NCBI GenBank assembly: GCA_965207615.1
Contig: CBDBMZ010000003.1
Location: 1,257,994-1,321,993 of the forward strand
Source: Vicinamibacterales bacterium
GTDB taxonomy: Bacteria; Acidobacteriota; Vicinamibacteria; Vicinamibacterales; UBA8438
Direction: 5' to 3'
Length of the DNA stretch: 64,000 nucleotides
Positions 59,332 to 64,000 of this stretch are shown here, in pieces. Position 1 is the first letter of the stretch; each line of letters starts with the position of its first letter. The notes below the pieces were generated by a model, which had not been told where the DNA came from, ran no database searches, and saw only the letters and a program-made list of their open reading frames with translations. The translations under genes were made by a program, and so were the position numbers.

Positions 59332-61236
59332 ATGACGAAGAAGAAGACAGGCGCGACGATCGCGCAGACCGCTCCCGTGACCCGCCGCGGTTTCCTGAAG
59401 GGGGCCGCCGCCGGCGCGGCGGCGGGCGCGGCGACGCTGGCGGACCCGACCGTGCGCGCGGAGCCGGCGCCCGCGGCGCCGACCGCCGCGCCGCCGCCGA
59501 CCGAGGCCCAGCTCGCGCGCGAAACCGAGCTGCCGCCCCCGTCGCGCGCGGTCGACGCCTACATCGTGGAGCGCCCGGGCTCGGACCACATGGTGGACGT
59601 GCTGCGGTCGCTCGACATCGAGTACTGCGCGTCCAACTGCGGGTCGAGCTTCGAGGGGCTGCAGGAGTCGATGGTCAACCACGGCGGCAACCACCGGCCC
59701 GAGTTCCTGACCTGCCTGCACGAGGAGTCGGCGGTGGGGATGGCGCACGGCTACGCCAAGGTCGCGGGCAAGCCGATGATGGCCCTGCTGCACGGCACCG
59801 TCGGCATCCAGCACGCGTCGATGGCGATCTACAACGCCTACTGCGACCGCGTGCCCGTCTACCTGGTGGCAGGCCTCGACTACGCCGGCCCGGTGGCCGC
59901 CCACAACGCGACCGACCTCGCGGCCCTGGTGCGGGAGTTCGTCAAGTGGGACGACCAGCCCGATTCCCTGGCCGACATGGGACGGTCGGCGGTGCGGGCG
60001 TACCGCGTCGCCACGACGCCGCCGATGGCGCCGGTGTTGCTGGTGCTGGACGCGAAGATCCAGAAGGACCCCGTGGACGGCGACCCCGGGCTTCCGCCCA
60101 TCTCACCGCCGCGGTTTCCGAGCGCGGACGCCGGATCGGTCCGGGAGATCGCGCGGATGCTGACCGAGGCGGAGAACCCCCGCATCGCCGCCGGCCTCGC
60201 CGCGCGCACGCAGGAGGGTATCGACCTCCTCGTCGAGCTCGCGGAGCTGCTGCAGGCCCCGGTCGACGGCGGGGGCGCCCGCCTCAACTTCCCGTCCCGG
60301 CATCCCCTCGCCGGCACGGGGACCGGCCGGCCCGACCTCGTCCTGAACCTGGAACCGGCCGGCCGGGGGGGGCCGACGGTGCCGGCGGGCCCGGGCATCC
60401 GTACCATCACGATCAGCTCGGCCGAGTTCCTCGTCAGCCGCAACTTCAGCATCTACGAGGCGGGGTCGGGCACCGCGGACCTGCTGGTGGCGGCCGACGC
60501 CCAGGCGACCCTGCCGGCGCTGATCGAGGAGGTGCGACGGCTGGTGACGGACGACCGGCGGCGGCTCTTCGAGGAGCGCGGGGCCGCCATCGCCGCCGCC
60601 CACGCCGAGCGCCGGCGGCAGGACATCCGGCACGCCCGTCACGGCTGGGACGCCAGCCCCGTCAGCCTCGCCCGCATCGCGGCCGAGCTGTGGCCCCTCA
60701 TCAAGGACGAGGACTGGTCGTTCTCGTCGCCGCAGGGGTTCATCGGGGGGTGGCCGGGCCGGCTGTGGGACATGAAGCGTACGTACCACGCCCTCGGTTC
60801 GCGGGGCGGGGGCGGCATCGGCTACGCCCTGCCCGCCTCGGTCGGCGCGGCCCTCGCCAACCGCGAGCACGGGCGAATCACCGTCAACATCAACGGCGAC
60901 GGCGACCTGAACTACGCGCCGGGGGCCCTGTGGACGGCGGTGCACCACCAGATTCCGCTGCTGACCATCGTGCACAACAACCGGGGCTACCACCAGGAGG
61001 TCATGTACCTGCAGCAGCAGGCCGCGGCCCGCAACCGCGGCGTCGACCGCGCCGCCATCGGGACGACCATCACGGACCCGAACATCGACTACGCGCAGAT
61101 GGCGAAGGCATACGGCATGTACGCAGAGGGCCCCGTCGAGCACCCCGCCGACCTCGGACCCGCGCTACGGCGCGGCGTCGAGAGGGTCAAGGCCGGCGAG
61201 CCGGCCCTGATCGACGTGGTGAGCCAGCCGCGGTGA
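59332..61236 (+). CDS. Thiamine pyrophosphate-dependent enzyme with twin-arginine signal
   Basis: TRRGFLKGAAAG..AATLA; LHEESAVGMAHGY; GDGDLNY...HNNRGY. Confidence 0.9.
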   Translation: MTKKKTGATIAQTAPVTRRGFLKGAAAGAAAGAATLADPTVRAEPAPAAPTAAPPPTEAQLARETELPPPSRAVDAYIVERPGSDHMVDVLRSLDIEYCASNCGSSFEGLQESMVNHGGNHRPEFLTCLHEESAVGMAHGYAKVAGKPMMALLHGTVGIQHASMAIYNAYCDRVPVYLVAGLDYAGPVAAHNATDLAALVREFVKWDDQPDSLADMGRSAVRAYRVATTPPMAPVLLVLDAKIQKDPVDGDPGLPPISPPRFPSADAGSVREIARMLTEAENPRIAAGLAARTQEGIDLLVELAELLQAPVDGGGARLNFPSRHPLAGTGTGRPDLVLNLEPAGRGGPTVPAGPGIRTITISSAEFLVSRNFSIYEAGSGTADLLVAADAQATLPALIEEVRRLVTDDRRRLFEERGAAIAAAHAERRRQDIRHARHGWDASPVSLARIAAELWPLIKDEDWSFSSPQGFIGGWPGRLWDMKRTYHALGSRGGGGIGYALPASVGAALANREHGRITVNINGDGDLNYAPGALWTAVHHQIPLLTIVHNNRGYHQEVMYLQQQAAARNRGVDRAAIGTTITDPNIDYAQMAKAYGMYAEGPVEHPADLGPALRRGVERVKAGEPALIDVVSQPR

Positions 61237-61247
61237 GGAGGTGCGAG

Positions 61248-61673
61248 ATGACGAGCGCAAGACCGGGTCGTTCGCGGGTCGCCGCCGCCTTCGCCGCGTT
61301 CCTGCTGGCCGCCGTCTCAGTCCCGTCCGGCCTCGGCGCGGGCGCATCGTCGGCGCAGGACCCCGCGGCGCTGGAGGGCGACGCCGAACGCGGCGCCACC
61401 CTCTACGAGGACTACACCTGCTACGGCTGCCACGGCTACACGGGCGAGACCGGCCGGGGACCGCGGCTGAACCCGCCCCGCCTGCGGCAGGCGCAGTTCA
61501 TCGCGTACCTGCGGAACCCGCCGAACCCGCGGCAGATGCCGCCGTACCGGCAGGCCGACGTCTCCGACCGGAAGCTGGCCGACATCTACGCCTTTCTCGA
61601 GTCGCTGCCGTCGGCATCGCCCGACATCGAGGACATCCCGGTGCTGCGCGCGATCCTGGGGGAGACGCGCTAG
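61248..61673 (+). CDS. Monoheme cytochrome c
   Basis: Signal peptide; CYGCHG; MPPY distal Met; RBS GAGGAGG. Confidence 0.9.
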   Translation: MTSARPGRSRVAAAFAAFLLAAVSVPSGLGAGASSAQDPAALEGDAERGATLYEDYTCYGCHGYTGETGRGPRLNPPRLRQAQFIAYLRNPPNPRQMPPYRQADVSDRKLADIYAFLESLPSASPDIEDIPVLRAILGETR

Positions 61674-61920
61674 GAGTCCGCGCCGTGAAACGGCGTTGAC
61701 TCCCGGAGGGCTGGTCGGGCGCCCGGCGGAGCCCGAGGCGACGATGGGCGGGCGGGCCGGCCGCGCCGGTTCCCGTCGGTCCAACCGGCGGCAACCGCCG
61801 GCGCGGCTTGGCCGATCGGCCCGTAACGAGGGACGGCCGAGCGGGAAGGCAGGTCGCCGAACGGCAATCCTCGAAGCGGATTGCGCCCGTCAGGACGGGC
61901 GGAGCGTCCTCCACACACCG

Positions 61921-63990
61921 CTACGGCAGGGCCAGGGCCACCCACTCGGGGACCTCGCCGCGGGCGCCGACCGCGACGACGATGAACTGCTTCCCCTCGT
62001 GCAGGTAGGTCATGGGGCCCCCGGTGGTGCCTGCCGGCAGCTCGGTCTCCCAGACGACCGCGCCCGTGGCCTTGTCGTAGGCCCGGAACGTCCGGCCCCA
62101 GCGCCACGACTGGTCCTGCTCGGGGTCGGACGCGTCGCCCTCGCCGCGCAGGGTGCCCATGATGGCGTCGCTGCCCTCGCCGAGGAAGAGCAGGCTGCCG
62201 GTGACGAGGGGGGCCGGGCGGTTGGGCGTGCCGAGGGGCGGCAGGTCGAGGTGCCTCAGGCGCGGGTGGTTGCGGGGCCCGTCGCCGTTGGGGGCCATCC
62301 ACGCCAACTCGCCGCGGTTGAGGTCGAGGGCGGTGATCCGCCCGTAGGGCGGCTTGGTGATGGGAAGCCCGTGGGGGCGGGGCGTGGGCACGCGCAGCTC
62401 CTCCCCCCGCGGGGTCGCCCAGGCCAGGGTGGCGTTCTCGCCCTCGGTCGGGGCGACGCTCCACACCGTGGGCATGGTGTGGGACACCGCGTAGTAGATC
62501 CCCGTCTCGGGGTCGAACGCACCGGTGTGCCAGTTGCCGGCGCCCCAGCCGCCGGGGGCGGTCAGGGTGCCCAGCTTGCCGCCGGGCTCGTCGCTCCGCG
62601 GCCACGGCGGGGTGAACAGCGGCCCCAGCACGAGTTGCTCGACCGCCTCGAGGGCCGCCGCCCGCAGCTCGGGCGTGAAGTCGATGAGGTCGTCCGCGGT
62701 GACGCCCTGCCGGTCGAACGGCGGGGGCTTCGTGGGAAACGGCTGGGTCGGCGAGGTCCGCTCGCCGGGCACGATCGACTGCGGCACCTCGCGCTCCTCG
62801 ATCGGCCAGACCGGCTCGCCCGTCTCCCGGTCGAACACGTAGAGGAACGCGGTCTTGCTGGGCTGCATCACGGCCCGGATGCGCCGGCCGTCGACGGTGA
62901 TGTCGCCGAGCGTGGCCGGCCCCACCGTGTCGTACTCCCAGACGTCGTGGTGCACCATCTGGAAATGCCATGCCCGCTCGCCGGTGGCGGCGTCGAGGGC
63001 GACGAGGCTGTCAGAGAAGAGGTTGTCGCCCGGCCGGTGCCCGCCGTAGACCATGCCGGTCGGCGCCGACAGGGGCACGTAGACGTGTCCCAGCGCCTCG
63101 TCGGCCGCGAGGCAGCACCACGACCCGAGGTCGCCGGAGTAGCCGGCGGCGCCGTCGCCCCACGTCTCCGACCCGAACTCCCCGTCCCGGGGCACGACGT
63201 GGAACGTCCACCGCAACTCGCCGCTTCGCACGTCGAAGCCGCGGACGTCCTCGGGCGCCGCCTCCCGGACGACCCCGCCGTCGCCCGACCCGCCCGTGGT
63301 GCCGGCCACCACCACGACGTCGCCGACCACGATCGGTCCCGCCGACCAGTCGAAGTCGCCGGCGAGAGGGTGGTCGATCCGCAGGTCGACCCGGCCCTGA
63401 TCGGCGAGGCCGAACCCGGGGGCCGGCCGCCCAGTCCGCGCATCCACCGCGTACAAGTACCCGCCCCGCACCAGGAGCAGCCGCCGGACCGAGCCGTCGG
63501 TCCAGTAGGCGACCCCCCGCGTGCTCCGCCCCGCGACCTCCTCGAGGGTGGCGGCGAACGGCGCCTGGCGCCAGACCGTCTCCCCCGTGGCCGGGTCGAA
63601 CGCCTCTAGCAGCCCGAGGGCGTTGGGCGCGTAGAGGACGCCGTCGATCATGACGGGCGTCGACCGCAGGTAGGCGTTGACCCGCAGGTCTGGAAACGCC
63701 TCCCGCACGGCCGGGTCGACGGCGGGCCGGCGCCAGGCGACCTCGAGGTCGCCGACGTTGCTCTCGTCGATCCGGTCGAGGGGCGAGTAGCGGGTGAACG
63801 CCTGGTCGCCGCCGAAGTAGCGCCACTCGCCGGACGGTTGCGCCGCCGCCGGCATCGCCGCCAGACCCAGCACCGCGGCCAGGAACCCAGGTACGAGAAC
63901 GGCCCGGACCTCCTCGGAACGAAACGAGCGGTGGGTGGAACCGCCGGGCGGCGGCTTCCGGGGCGGCGCCGGAACGAGCTTGCGTGGCAT
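61921..63990 (-). CDS. PQQ-dependent (glucose dehydrogenase-like) quinoprotein
   Basis: WRYFGGD..RYSPLDRI, RGVAYW, WHFQMVHHDVWEYD, PTQPFP, GGPMTY; start uncertain. Confidence 0.92.
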   Translation of the reverse strand: MPRKLVPAPPRKPPPGGSTHRSFRSEEVRAVLVPGFLAAVLGLAAMPAAAQPSGEWRYFGGDQAFTRYSPLDRIDESNVGDLEVAWRRPAVDPAVREAFPDLRVNAYLRSTPVMIDGVLYAPNALGLLEAFDPATGETVWRQAPFAATLEEVAGRSTRGVAYWTDGSVRRLLLVRGGYLYAVDARTGRPAPGFGLADQGRVDLRIDHPLAGDFDWSAGPIVVGDVVVVAGTTGGSGDGGVVREAAPEDVRGFDVRSGELRWTFHVVPRDGEFGSETWGDGAAGYSGDLGSWCCLAADEALGHVYVPLSAPTGMVYGGHRPGDNLFSDSLVALDAATGERAWHFQMVHHDVWEYDTVGPATLGDITVDGRRIRAVMQPSKTAFLYVFDRETGEPVWPIEEREVPQSIVPGERTSPTQPFPTKPPPFDRQGVTADDLIDFTPELRAAALEAVEQLVLGPLFTPPWPRSDEPGGKLGTLTAPGGWGAGNWHTGAFDPETGIYYAVSHTMPTVWSVAPTEGENATLAWATPRGEELRVPTPRPHGLPITKPPYGRITALDLNRGELAWMAPNGDGPRNHPRLRHLDLPPLGTPNRPAPLVTGSLLFLGEGSDAIMGTLRGEGDASDPEQDQSWRWGRTFRAYDKATGAVVWETELPAGTTGGPMTYLHEGKQFIVVAVGARGEVPEWVALALP

Positions 63991-64000
63991 CGGTGCATCC

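Overview
This is a high-GC bacterial window. It is most likely Acidobacteriota (Vicinamibacteria-like), inferred from the Acidobacterial VWA protein, the TBDR with an N-terminal carboxypeptidase-like domain, the DUF1501/DUF1552/DUF1553/DUF1592 clusters, CRTAC1, Sel1 and PQQ enzymes. It has four parts. (1) 1-14.6 kb is a metal/tetrapyrrole-acquisition locus: an hmuSTUV-like operon (exported CobN-like chelatase, DUF2149, ExbB-like, membrane protein) diverges from TBDR-PepSY-DUF1800-DUF1501-TIGR03067, and an MbnH-like di-heme enzyme plus DUF418 converges on it. The two promoter regions share a CTTCAG-N5-CTTCAG direct repeat placed 22-23 nt before a -10 hexamer, which is the best candidate here for an undescribed regulon. 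(2) 14.9-25.8 kb holds metabolic and periplasmic genes. (3) 25.8-40.2 kb is a defence island: macro domain, AAA+ ATPase, DUF6036 nucleotidyltransferase pair, RelE-like/UvrD helicase, type III-like Res/Mod with a low-GC swapped target-recognition region, and about 10 small toxin/antitoxin genes. (4) 40.3-64 kb holds periplasmic cytochrome systems, an orphan convergent Cro/CI pair whose repressor appears to have Ala-Asp at the usual Ala-Gly cleavage site, and an exported CMD / Tat-TPP enzyme / cytochrome c operon. Three genes carry single-base frameshifts in short G runs, possibly sequencing error. No rRNA, tRNA, CRISPR array or intact transposase/integrase was seen. All family calls come from motif recognition by eye; no database searches were run.
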